Assembly: GCA_965249485.1 (NCBI GenBank) | Contig: OZ252239.1 | Span: 2,656,001-2,720,000 of the forward strand | Origin: a bacterium | Lineage (GTDB): Bacteria; SM23-31 | Direction of reading: 5' to 3' | DNA length: 64,000 nucleotides | The notes under the pieces: model-generated | Seen by the model: the letters and a program-made list of their open reading frames with translations, nothing else | Databases searched by the model: none | Told to the model about the DNA's origin: nothing | Program-made: the position numbers and the translations under genes | Part shown: one piece after another, positions 28,804 through 38,516 of the stretch | How the letters are laid out: every line of letters begins with the position of its first letter | How positions within the stretch are numbered: the first letter of the stretch is position 1

Positions 28804-31800
28804 ATGCCTTTCCGTATAGAAACTGCAACCCGCAATGACGTTGAAGATGTTGGTGGCAAAAGCCTGCAAACACGAATCAATCAATTTATCAACATCAACA
28901 TTTCCTCAGTCAGAGTGGTTAATGTTTTCATTATAAACCTTCCTCTCTCCCAAGAAGAAGTTGAAAAATCTCGACGTGCGATATTTTATGATCCCGTTAT
29001 TCAGGATGCTTCATTTGATGTCCTCGATACCGGTTTATTTGACTGGTGTGTTGAGGTTAGATTTAAGCACGGTATCACCGATGCTGTAGGAGAAACAGCC
29101 AAAGAAGTAGTCAGCAACTTGTTAAATCGAAAATTTGATATTTCCGAAAAGGTATTTACTGGCAAACAATATAGAATCAGTTCGCCGGATGCTGACATGC
29201 ATCAGATTTCATCTCTTGCACATGATTTTCTTGGTAATAATCTCATCGAATCAATAGACATACAGTCATTTGAACAATGGAAAACATCACCTCCGTTTAA
29301 TGCTGTACCGAAATTTCAATATTCGGAGAAATTCATTATACAAGATTTTGATTTTTCCGTTGATGATAATGTTCTAACTACGTTGAGCAAGGAAAGAACT
29401 TTATCACTTGACCTTGAAGAGATGCAGGCGATACGGAATTACTTTAGCTGTGACAACATCAAAAAATCAAGAGAAAACACCGGTATAAGTGAAAATATCA
29501 CAGATGTCGAGCTTGAAACTCTTGCACAGACATGGTCGGAGCATTGTAAACATAAAATTTTCAACAGTAAAATCCATTATACTGAAAATGGCCAAACTGA
29601 AACGATCGACAGTATTTTCGATACCTATATCAAGGGATCAACTCGTATTATCGATGATCGCGTCCCCTGGATGCTTTCGGTATTCAAGGACAACGCCGGT
29701 GTCATAAAGTTTAATGATAATATCAATCTTGTCTATAAAGTTGAGACACATAATAGTCCTTCTGCGTTAGAACCATATGGTGGTGCTTTGACAGGTATAG
29801 TCGGTGTTAACAGAGATCCGTTAGGTACCGGCATAGGCGCCGAACTGCTATTTAATGTATGGGGGTATTGTTTTGGCTCACCTTTTTACGAAAAACCTGT
29901 TCCTAAAGGTCTTCTTCATCCTTCGAGAATTCGTGAAGGAGTCCACAAAGGAGTAATCGATGGTGGTAATCAGTCTGGTATTCCGTATGGCCGCGGCTGG
30001 GAATATTTCGATGAGAGGTACATCGCAAAACCTATGGTATTCTGTGGGACAGTCGGCAGCATGCCTGCACTTGTATGCGGAAAACCGTCGTATGAGAAAA
30101 ATGCAAACCCTGGTGATAAAATTGTAATGGTCGGTGGTCGAATCGGGAAGGATGGGATTCACGGTGCGACATTTTCATCCGAAGAACTGCATCAGGACTC
30201 ACCTATGCAGGCGGTTCAGATCGGTGATCCGATTACGCAGAAAAAAATGTCAGATTTTATAATTGAATCTCGCGATCTCGGGCTCTATTCTTGTATTACT
30301 GATAATGGAGCTGGAGGATTGTCATCATCCGTAGGAGAAATGGCAGAAATGAGTGGCGGTTGTTTTCTCGATCTTGAAAGGGCACCACTCAAATATGCGG
30401 GATTGGAACCCTGGGAGATTCTTCTTTCAGAGGCACAAGAACGGATGACATTAGCAGTAAGTCCTGCAACATTAAATGACCTGATAAAGTTAGCCGATAA
30501 GCGAGGTGTTGAAGCAACTGTTCTCGGAGAGTTTACCAACTCTGGAAAATTTCACATTGCCTATGGCGCTCAGACAGTAGCATACCTCGATATGGAATTT
30601 TTACATAATGGATTGCCGCAAATGGAGTTGACCGCCATATGGAATCCACCTGATATAGATGAGCCTGAATTTCCTGAACCGGATAATTATAACAGTATTT
30701 TAAAATCGTTGCTTGAGCGGTTGAACATATGCTCAAATGAGGGAAAATCACGGCAGTACGATCACGAAGTGAAAGGTCTTAGTGTTATCAAGCCGTTTGT
30801 AGGTAAAGATATGGATGTGCCTTCCGATGCTTCAATTTTCAATGTTGAATACGGTAGTAAGGAAGGAATTATTCTTGCGGAAGGAAAAAACCCAGGCTAT
30901 TCGGACATAGACACTTACCATATGGCCGCATCGGTTATAGATGAGGCCGTTCGCCGTGTCGTTGGTTCAGGTGGAACACTCGATACAATTGCAGGGCTTG
31001 ATAATTTTTGCTGGCCTGATCCTGTTCAATCTGGGAAAACTCCCGATGGCCATTACAAGCTTGCACAGCTTGTTCGTGCTAACAAAGCGCTTTATGAATA
31101 TACTATCGCATTTTCTGTCCCCTGTATATCGGGTAAAGATTCGATGAAAAACGACTCGATAATGGATGGGACTAAAATATCGATCCCTCCTACACTCCTC
31201 TTTTCCGTTATTGGTAAAATCGATGACATATCAAAAGCCGTCACTATGGACGTAAAAAAACCGGGAGACTTGGTTTATGTTGTTGGTGAAACATTTGCAG
31301 AACTTGGAGGATCGGAATATTACAAATTGCGTGGAGAACAATTGGACCACGCTCCATTTATTGGAAAGTCCATTCCTAAAGTCAATGCAGAATCTGCTGT
31401 AACACTTTACCGTGCAATTGAAAACATTACATCTGATGAGTTGGCACATTCAATTCACACTCCAGTTATGGGTGGTTTAGCCGTTGCTCTTGCAAAAACA
31501 GCATTTGCTGGTGGTTTCGGTATCAATGTGAAACTTGCCGATGTCCCCTACTCCGGAGAATTGCGTGATGACTACATTTTATTTTCTGAATCAAACAGCC
31601 GATATGTGATTACAATTCCTCCCAAAAACAGAAAAAAATTTGAGCAGTTATTGCAAAGAACAAAATATTCTCACATAGGAACAACAACTGAAGATGCAAA
31701 ACTTGCAATTACTGGAAATAAAGGAAACATCATTCTCGAATCGTCACTCGAGGACTTGAAATACGCCTGGAAAGACACATTGAAGGATTTTTATCATGGT

Positions 31801-31809
31801 AGCACCTAA
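28804..31809 (+). CDS. purL: Phosphoribosylformylglycinamidine synthase, synthetase subunit
   Basis: QTWSEHCKHKIF, KVETHNSPS, DNGAGG, SEAQERM, ISGKDSM and FSES motifs. Confidence 0.95.
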   Translation: MPFRIETATRNDVEDVGGKSLQTRINQFININISSVRVVNVFIINLPLSQEEVEKSRRAIFYDPVIQDASFDVLDTGLFDWCVEVRFKHGITDAVGETAKEVVSNLLNRKFDISEKVFTGKQYRISSPDADMHQISSLAHDFLGNNLIESIDIQSFEQWKTSPPFNAVPKFQYSEKFIIQDFDFSVDDNVLTTLSKERTLSLDLEEMQAIRNYFSCDNIKKSRENTGISENITDVELETLAQTWSEHCKHKIFNSKIHYTENGQTETIDSIFDTYIKGSTRIIDDRVPWMLSVFKDNAGVIKFNDNINLVYKVETHNSPSALEPYGGALTGIVGVNRDPLGTGIGAELLFNVWGYCFGSPFYEKPVPKGLLHPSRIREGVHKGVIDGGNQSGIPYGRGWEYFDERYIAKPMVFCGTVGSMPALVCGKPSYEKNANPGDKIVMVGGRIGKDGIHGATFSSEELHQDSPMQAVQIGDPITQKKMSDFIIESRDLGLYSCITDNGAGGLSSSVGEMAEMSGGCFLDLERAPLKYAGLEPWEILLSEAQERMTLAVSPATLNDLIKLADKRGVEATVLGEFTNSGKFHIAYGAQTVAYLDMEFLHNGLPQMELTAIWNPPDIDEPEFPEPDNYNSILKSLLERLNICSNEGKSRQYDHEVKGLSVIKPFVGKDMDVPSDASIFNVEYGSKEGIILAEGKNPGYSDIDTYHMAASVIDEAVRRVVGSGGTLDTIAGLDNFCWPDPVQSGKTPDGHYKLAQLVRANKALYEYTIAFSVPCISGKDSMKNDSIMDGTKISIPPTLLFSVIGKIDDISKAVTMDVKKPGDLVYVVGETFAELGGSEYYKLRGEQLDHAPFIGKSIPKVNAESAVTLYRAIENITSDELAHSIHTPVMGGLAVALAKTAFAGGFGINVKLADVPYSGELRDDYILFSESNSRYVITIPPKNRKKFEQLLQRTKYSHIGTTTEDAKLAITGNKGNIILESSLEDLKYAWKDTLKDFYHGST

Positions 31810-32593
31810 GATTTGTATTTTAGCTGGAAATGGTTTTAATTGTGAAAAAGAAACATCCTATGCTTTCTCGCTCTGCGGAGGCGATCCAGTTATTATTCAT
31901 ATGAATGATGTGATTTCCAAAGAAGTGAGCCTGAGCAATTTTCAGGTACTGGCTATTGTGGGTGGCTTCAGCTATGGGGATCATCTGGGAAGTGGTAAGG
32001 TTGCCGCAAATATCTTTAGATCTTCATTGTCCGATGAGTTATTGGAATTTATTAATCGCGACACGCTAACATTGGGCACGTGCAATGGTTTTCAGATCAT
32101 TACGCTGCTTGGTCTTCTTCCCGCATTTGACAACAACTATCTTTCTCACACGGTAACGATTTCCCAGAATTCTTCAGCCAGATATGAAGACAGATGGGTT
32201 AATATTTGCGTGAACAAAAAGTCACCTTGCGTTTTCACCAAAGGATTAGAAAAACTTTATCTTCCAATCCGGCATGGTGAAGGCAAAGTATATTCTCCTG
32301 ATCAAAGTGTAATAGACAGAATAAAAAATTCTCAGCTGATTGCACTCCAGTACTGTGATCCAAATACCGGTCAGCCGACTCAAGAATACCCGCATAATCC
32401 GAATGGCTCGCTCAATGCAATTGCTGGTATGTGTAACGAAACCGGTAGAGTGTTTGGATTAATGCCTCATATAGAAGCCTGCTTAAGTCCTTACAGTCAC
32501 CCGTCTTGGACAAGAATGAAATCTGAAGATACCATTCCTGCCGAAGGTGATGGAGTTCAAATCTTCAGGAATGCTATATCTTATTTTAATTAA
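31796..32593 (+). CDS. purQ: FGAM synthase glutaminase subunit
   Basis: GFNCE, GGFSYGD, CNGFQ, HGEG, NPNGS and MPHIE motifs. Confidence 0.95.
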   Translation: MVAPKICILAGNGFNCEKETSYAFSLCGGDPVIIHMNDVISKEVSLSNFQVLAIVGGFSYGDHLGSGKVAANIFRSSLSDELLEFINRDTLTLGTCNGFQIITLLGLLPAFDNNYLSHTVTISQNSSARYEDRWVNICVNKKSPCVFTKGLEKLYLPIRHGEGKVYSPDQSVIDRIKNSQLIALQYCDPNTGQPTQEYPHNPNGSLNAIAGMCNETGRVFGLMPHIEACLSPYSHPSWTRMKSEDTIPAEGDGVQIFRNAISYFN

Positions 32594-32609
32594 ATCAAAG
32601 TGAATATAC

Positions 32610-33728
32610 TTGATTAAATTGGATCCCAATCAAAAACATATTGCAATATTAGGATCAGGCCCTTCCGGTTTGGCAGCTGCTATCAATCTTGCAAAGCACG
32701 GCTACTCTGTAACGGTATATGAGCAAAAAGAAAAACCCGGTGCACGGTTTTTGAACGGATGGCAAATCCTCGAAAACTACTCCTCTCATACCGACGTTCT
32801 TTCTGAATTAAAAACAATGAATTTAGCACATAATTTTGATTTCCATCCTAAAAACACTATGAGTTTTTATGACAGCAGGTTGAGACATTATGATCTGTCA
32901 AGTAAGAATCCCTTTGGATATTTTGTGAAAAGAGGAATGCAAAAAGGAACACTTGATACTTCCTTGCATGAACAAGCAATACAAGCTGGAGTTAATTTCC
33001 ATTTCAATTCTCGAATTGATATCGAGGAAGCTGATATTGTTTCGGGCGGCTCAATGTATGCATCAGGGATTGCAAAAGAAATAGTGTTTCAAACAGACGC
33101 CAACGACACATTTATGACAATCCTCGATGAATATCTGACTCCTCTCGGTTTTTCATACCTTTTTATCATAAACGGACACGGCACAATTGGAACAGCTGTC
33201 TTAAGGAGCTTCAATCACATTCACTCGTTCACAGAAAATGTCGCACTACGATTTCAACAGATCCAACCATTCAAACTCAATAATCCGAAAGAATCTGTAT
33301 CTTCAGTCGGTTTTTTTCTTCCGCAAACCGCAGCATTTGGCGGCAAACTATATGTTGGAGAAGCAGCAGGATTTCAAGATTTCCTGTTTGGAATTGGGAT
33401 TCGGCGTTCATTACAATCAGGATATTATGCTGCTCAGAGCATAATAACTGGAACTGATTATGACAAATTGTGGAAACATGAAATCGGTACTCAAATTCGC
33501 TCAGGCATACTTAACCGGTTTTTCTATGAGCATTTAGGGAATGCTGGTTTCACAGGTCTTCTCAGGCTCGGTAAGCATTTTGATTTTCAAAAAACGGGAT
33601 ACTTTTTGCAAAATCCCTCTATATTTCGTAAACTTTTAATTCAGGGCATTCAGTCCGTATGGGGAAACAGAAATGAATGCAAACATGGTAAGCGGTGTGC
33701 TTGGTGTAGACCTCCGGTAAAAATATGA
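32610..33728 (+). CDS. FAD-dependent oxidoreductase, geranylgeranyl reductase-like
   Basis: GSGPSG Rossmann motif, P.GFSYLF, VGEAAGFQD...GIR, and C-terminal CKHGKRCAWCR. Confidence 0.75.
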   Translation: MIKLDPNQKHIAILGSGPSGLAAAINLAKHGYSVTVYEQKEKPGARFLNGWQILENYSSHTDVLSELKTMNLAHNFDFHPKNTMSFYDSRLRHYDLSSKNPFGYFVKRGMQKGTLDTSLHEQAIQAGVNFHFNSRIDIEEADIVSGGSMYASGIAKEIVFQTDANDTFMTILDEYLTPLGFSYLFIINGHGTIGTAVLRSFNHIHSFTENVALRFQQIQPFKLNNPKESVSSVGFFLPQTAAFGGKLYVGEAAGFQDFLFGIGIRRSLQSGYYAAQSIITGTDYDKLWKHEIGTQIRSGILNRFFYEHLGNAGFTGLLRLGKHFDFQKTGYFLQNPSIFRKLLIQGIQSVWGNRNECKHGKRCAWCRPPVKI

Positions 33729-34594
33729 GATTAGAATCAAATAAATTATCAAATGCATATCAGCATTGTAAAAATTTAACCAAACAGGCAGATTCAAATT
33801 TTGCTCTTAGTTTCCGATTTCTTCCAAAGGATAAACAGAACGCTATTTACGCTGTTTATGCTTTCAACAGATGTGCCGATGACTTTGCCGACGAGTTAAC
33901 AGGCGGAGATGAAAGCCTGAATAAATTAGAAGTATGGGAACGTATGCTCGATGAGTGTTATGCGAATCATGCTCCCGATCATCCGATAATGCTTGCGTTT
34001 ACAGATGCAATCCATAGATACAACATTCCTCAAAAGCCATTTCAGGATGCAATTTATGGATTTAAGCTTGATCTTTCTGTGAGTCGATATAAAACGTTTG
34101 ATGATTTACTAAATTATTGCGATTTGGTTGCGGGAACAATAAGCACAATTTGCCTCCATATATTTGGTATGCTTGATGATAAGGCAATTGACTATGGTAG
34201 ATATTTAAGCTATGCGTTACAATTAACCAATATCATTCGTGATGTAGGTAAAGATATCGCCCTCGACCGTATTTATCTGCCCAGTGAAGAGTTACATAAA
34301 TACAATTATGACGAGAATGACCTCTTGTCTCTAAATGATAATGATAATTTTTACGAGTTGATGAACTTTCAGATTGAACGTGCCCGTAATTATTACAAAA
34401 AAGCAAATCCACTTATCGAGGCTATTTCTCAAGATTCTCAGTTTACGGTAACCATTATCGGCGCAACGTATGCGAAACTATTAAATAATATATCAGATAG
34501 CGGAATTCCCGTATTGCACGATGTCGTGCGGGTAACAAAATGGGAGAAATTCAAGCTTGTAACTAAAAATATAATCAATCCAAGCTTTATATAA
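33725..34594 (+). CDS. Squalene/phytoene synthase family protein (CrtB/HpnD-like)
   Basis: YAFNRCADDFAD, YCDLVAGTI and LQLTNIIRDVGKD...RIYLP motifs. Confidence 0.9.
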   Translation: MRLESNKLSNAYQHCKNLTKQADSNFALSFRFLPKDKQNAIYAVYAFNRCADDFADELTGGDESLNKLEVWERMLDECYANHAPDHPIMLAFTDAIHRYNIPQKPFQDAIYGFKLDLSVSRYKTFDDLLNYCDLVAGTISTICLHIFGMLDDKAIDYGRYLSYALQLTNIIRDVGKDIALDRIYLPSEELHKYNYDENDLLSLNDNDNFYELMNFQIERARNYYKKANPLIEAISQDSQFTVTIIGATYAKLLNNISDSGIPVLHDVVRVTKWEKFKLVTKNIINPSFI

Positions 34595-34627
34595 GTGCGG
34601 ATAGATAATAGAAAGAAAGGTATACTT

Positions 34628-34783
34628 ATGGAAGGATTATCACCGTATCAGACCATTCTTATGTGGGTAATTATAGCACTACTATGCTGGCAGTCACTTT
34701 TAACAGCAAAAATGAACAGATCAATTGATAAGATTTTCAAACTAATGGAAGGGAATTCGGGAGAAAAGCAGAATCAAAGTTAA
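34628..34783 (+). CDS. Small single-TM protein (51 aa)
   Basis: AAAGGT RBS before ATG 34628; one hydrophobic helix. Confidence 0.55.
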   Translation: MEGLSPYQTILMWVIIALLCWQSLLTAKMNRSIDKIFKLMEGNSGEKQNQS

Positions 34784-34856
34784 ACAAACTTTAAAGTATT
34801 TTGTATGCTTTATATCCTTACAAAACCTCAAACACAAATGATATGGAGTCGACTCA

Positions 34857-35543
34857 TTAATCCTCTAAATACCGGTAATTATCCACACCAATGTAATGTG
34901 CACTATAATAAAGCTGCCCCTCAATCTCTAACGATTTTCCTATAGAATTATCGTTATTGACGAGGTTTTCTGCTCCCTCATTATGGGTAAATGACCACAC
35001 GTTGCCGTCACTACTTAAGAAGCCGACATTATGTCCATCAATTCCACAATCATGATTTGCTTTATATTGATTCTTTAAATAGCATCCCACACAGACAATC
35101 TGTCCGACAACACGAGCCTGAATTCCATCTGACGAGATAGGAGAAACAGACATATTTGGTAACGGTTCAATCGTAATGTCCTGTCTGGGCAATACATTGA
35201 AAATATCGGTACTTAATAGCACCGCAAGTAATAGAGAAGCTGCTATTGTAAAACCTGTAACTGGCCTAAAAGTTAGATTGATTTTTTTCAAAATCCAGAC
35301 AGAAGTGGATTTTTGAGCTACTGAAATTTTTTCAATGATATCCTGCTTCAATTTCTGACTTGCAGGAACACGTTCCAACTTTTCATCAATGAGACGATGA
35401 ACACCAAACTGTACTTTTAAATCAGTACGGCACTCATGACATGATTCAATATGTTCGTCCACCTGTGCCTGAAGCTCCGGTGAAAGTTCGTTATCAATAT
35501 AAGGAGAAATAAGCTCCTTAACCATTCTGCAATTCATACTCAT
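34857..35543 (-). CDS. Zinc-binding anti-sigma factor (zf-HC2) with TM helix and extracytoplasmic Cys/His domain
   Basis: MNC...YIDNEL...HIESCHEC, a TM helix, then VCVGCY...HDCGIDGH. Start overlaps the sigma stop (ATGA). Confidence 0.85.
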   Translation of the reverse strand: MSMNCRMVKELISPYIDNELSPELQAQVDEHIESCHECRTDLKVQFGVHRLIDEKLERVPASQKLKQDIIEKISVAQKSTSVWILKKINLTFRPVTGFTIAASLLLAVLLSTDIFNVLPRQDITIEPLPNMSVSPISSDGIQARVVGQIVCVGCYLKNQYKANHDCGIDGHNVGFLSSDGNVWSFTHNEGAENLVNNDNSIGKSLEIEGQLYYSAHYIGVDNYRYLED

Positions 35544-36130
35544 TGTCCTTCCTGAAAAAAACCTTCTTTTTTTGCATACTTTAATAGCAGTTTGAACATC
35601 ATTTTTCTCGCTCTCGATAGTCGCGATCGTATCGTTCCTATCGGACATTCCATAATATCTGCTATCTCTTTATACGAAAATCCTTCAATATCCGATAAAA
35701 TGATTACCATTCTAAAATCGTACGAAAGTTTTGAAAGTGCTTCATTAATTTCATCACTTAGAAAGTTTTTGGCAATATCTTCATCAAGCGTTCTTGAATC
35801 AAAATGGTCTTTCTTTTTTATCAGTTCTAAGAAAGGTTCAATCGCATCGAAATTTACAAGATCCGGCTGTTTTACTTTCTTGCGATATTTGTTAATAAAT
35901 GTGTTTTTGAGAATCTTATATAGCCACGCCTTACAACTAGTCCCTGGTTCAAATTGCTCAAAAAAACGAGACGCTTTGAAATATGTATCCTGAATCAGAT
36001 CTTTTGCGTCATCTTCATTATAGGTCAACTTGAGAGCTGAATTGTAGAGTGCATCCATGTATTGTATGGCTTCAGTTTCAAATGCCTCACGTTTTTCTTC
36101 AATGTTGTCCCACATAGTTTTATAACTCAT
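35540..36130 (-). CDS. ECF RNA polymerase sigma factor, SigH/SigR-like
   Basis: DAKDLIQDTY, FEPGTSCKAWLYKILKNTFIN.YRK and FSYKEIA...PIGTIRSRLSRAR motifs. Confidence 0.92.
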   Translation of the reverse strand: MSYKTMWDNIEEKREAFETEAIQYMDALYNSALKLTYNEDDAKDLIQDTYFKASRFFEQFEPGTSCKAWLYKILKNTFINKYRKKVKQPDLVNFDAIEPFLELIKKKDHFDSRTLDEDIAKNFLSDEINEALSKLSYDFRMVIILSDIEGFSYKEIADIMECPIGTIRSRLSRARKMMFKLLLKYAKKEGFFQEGQ

Positions 36131-36159
36131 TATGAACTTGAGGCAACATTATGAACAAT

Positions 36160-36185
36160 AACATCACCCTGCACTATTTAGTTCC
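36160..36185 (-). promoter_or_regulatory. Autoregulatory ECF promoter GGAAC-N18-GTT
   Basis: GGAAC taaatagtgcagggtgat GTTATT, 29 nt upstream of the sigma ATG. Matches the known SigR/SigH consensus. Confidence 0.65.
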
Positions 36186-36263
36186 GCCTTTACGATTTTA
36201 AATTCATAGACAATTTAATGCATGATGTCAATAGAAGAAATATTGATGAATGTAGAAATATTC

Positions 36264-36968
36264 TTATTGCTCTTTTTTGGTAATCCATGAATCCACAAAT
36301 CCCATTTCCCGATACGTTGCCAGTGTCTTTGCCGCGTCTTTGTATGATCGAAATTGACCAATTTGTATCTTCCAGAAGTTATTCTCATTCAGTAATTGTG
36401 CATCAGAAACATCAAGTATCAATAAATTTTGAAACAACTTTTCTGCCTTGGATTGATTTTGTGTTGCAATTAGCTGAACGGTATAAAAACTTACTAATTG
36501 AGATGAGTTAAAAACTTCTCCAGGATCCATTTGTAGTGAAGGCTGTTTACTCGTAGCACGAACATTGATTATCCATGCATCAGGCCAACCGTTAATTTTT
36601 AACCTGTTCCGTTCGACTTCACTGTCCTCTCTTGAGAGAAAATCTCCAACTTGAACCTTTCAGAGTGACTCCTCATTCACTACATAAATAGTCTTGTCTG
36701 TTAGTTTCTGCAGATTCTTTTTTTCGGTTTCAGCCCGATCATAGTCCGTTGTTGCCAGAATTTGTATTTTGAAAATATCCCGTTTCCCTGCAATAGGCGG
36801 TGGCAATTCGAAAGCTTCATTAGGACTCGCTTGTGCCGTATTCTCTACTTGAGAAGGCCCAGTATAAACAGGAGATGTTCGAACTTCTTTAAAACGGGAA
36901 CATGAATAAAGTGATATACAAAGCCCGATTATTACGCAGAGTTTTGTGAATAATATTTTATTATACAT
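36264..36968 (-). CDS. Lipoprotein with two SPOR domains, interrupted by an in-frame TGA at 36660-36662
   Basis: Lipobox LYSC. Reads through in frame: FKIQILAT...NEESL*KVQVGDF...DAWI, then YTVQLIAT...NENNFWKIQIGQF...DSWI. Confidence 0.8.
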
Positions 36969-36974
36969 AGCTCG

Positions 36975-37661
36975 TCATTTGTTATGACGTTTAAAAGTAT
37001 AGGTTCGTGATGTCCAGGTTGCTATTGGTTTATTAGCCTTATCACGTGCAGCATGATATTTGCTCTTTCGAGCAGCCTGAATCACCAAATTTTCTAATTT
37101 TTTACTTCGAGTTGTATTATTTATTATTTCAAGCTCTGTAACATTTCCAAACTTATCAATATGAAGTTTAACTTCAATTATTCCTTCATGACCTTTATTG
37201 ATTTCGGATTCAGGAAATTGGGGAAGTGTCTCCACAAGTGGTCGTGGACCAACTGCTACTTTTGCAGCGCCTATAGGAAGAGAAGGCAATTCCACAGCAT
37301 AATTAAAATCGTAAATTTTAATATCGTATTCAATTTCATCGAGCTGCTCATTTACCTCTTCAGAAGAGACGGGAATTGCCGGCGTTCTTGGGGGAGGTGG
37401 AGGTAATTTCGTTTGTTTTGTTTCGGGGATGTCTTCGGCTATTAAGATATAATCTATCGGAATATATGGCGAATTTGTGTTTGATTTATAAGAGCCTTGA
37501 AATGAGAGTACAAGTACTATTACAATTACCAGGGAAACGACAAGTCCACGATGAAAATATAAGCTTTCCTTTCCTCTGCTATCTACCAGAGGATGCTTGG
37601 GCGATCTGCGTACTATTGTGAAACTGTTGCGAAAATTTTTATTTTGGAACGACATGATCAA
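36975..37661 (-). CDS. TonB family protein
   Basis: N-terminal TM, DIPET...PPPP linker and TonB-C-like domain. Confidence 0.78.
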   Translation of the reverse strand: MIMSFQNKNFRNSFTIVRRSPKHPLVDSRGKESLYFHRGLVVSLVIVIVLVLSFQGSYKSNTNSPYIPIDYILIAEDIPETKQTKLPPPPPRTPAIPVSSEEVNEQLDEIEYDIKIYDFNYAVELPSLPIGAAKVAVGPRPLVETLPQFPESEINKGHEGIIEVKLHIDKFGNVTELEIINNTTRSKKLENLVIQAARKSKYHAARDKANKPIATWTSRTYTFKRHNK

Positions 37662-37677
37662 TTATTGTATAAGGTGA

Positions 37678-37710
37678 AAAAAAAGAGGCAGTGTTCAATA
37701 CTGCCTCTTA
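37678..37710 (-). terminator. Rho-independent terminator after tonB
   Basis: AAGAGGCAGT-attgaac-ACTGCCTCTT followed by a T run. Confidence 0.75.
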
Positions 37711-37752
37711 TAAATACAATTTTCTGAGTACAATGTTCCAATTTATTCATTG

Positions 37753-38421
37753 TTAAGGATATTTTATAATGCCACCCATGTCAAGTTGGAATCTGATAGG
37801 GATACTCATCCAGAACTTTACAGGCCTCCCTCTTTGTTTTGCCGGGAGAAATCGTACTTTTCCAATGGCGGACATTGCTGCCTCATCACAACCACTGCTC
37901 CCAAGAGAGCGCAACACCTGCATATCAATTGGAATACCTTCTTCACTGACAAGAACTCTTATTTGCACGAGACCCTGCACACCGGCTTTACGCGCAAGCG
38001 CTGGATACACAACATTTTTCTGAATCGCACTTAAACCGCCGATAATTTGCGGTTGGTCTTCAAGCGGAAGAAAATCTGGAATCTCATCCTCTTCTGAGGG
38101 TGGAGGTGGCGGAGGAGCGCTGAATTCGGTGAAATTTACCAAATCTGTCTCATCAATAGTTATATCTTCTAAAAGGTCCTCATCTTCTGATTCAATAGGT
38201 AGTGCTGGTGCTGCAGGAGGCGGCGGACGTTTGATCTGTTCGGTTTCAGGAATATCTTCCACTTCTATAATCTGCTGATCCATATCCAAATTTAAATCTT
38301 CACTCTCAAAATCTTTAAATGCAAGGAAAAGAGCAATATGAAGACACAAAGAAAGCACGATACAAACCTCAACTGTCTTCCGTGCCTTTAATTTCATATT
38401 TACCTTTGGATTAATTTTCAT
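37753..38421 (-). CDS. tonB: Energy transducer TonB
   Basis: TM helix with SxxxH, Pro-rich linker, YPALARKAGVQG...FLPAKQRGRPV. Confidence 0.9.
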   Translation of the reverse strand: MKINPKVNMKLKARKTVEVCIVLSLCLHIALFLAFKDFESEDLNLDMDQQIIEVEDIPETEQIKRPPPPAAPALPIESEDEDLLEDITIDETDLVNFTEFSAPPPPPPSEEDEIPDFLPLEDQPQIIGGLSAIQKNVVYPALARKAGVQGLVQIRVLVSEEGIPIDMQVLRSLGSSGCDEAAMSAIGKVRFLPAKQRGRPVKFWMSIPIRFQLDMGGIIKYP

Positions 38422-38486
38422 AATACTCCCTCATGATATTGTTTAATAAGGTAGCTGTCAAGATACTCATAACTCCCCAATTAAAT

Positions 38487-38512
38487 AACGACATGCTCCA
38501 AAGTAAAGTTCA
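38487..38512 (-). promoter_or_regulatory. ECF sigma promoter candidate (TGAAC-N18-GTTATT)
   Basis: In the exbD-tonB gap. Same spacing and same -10 GTTATT as the motif before the sigma gene. Confidence 0.5.
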
Positions 38513-38516
38513 ATTA

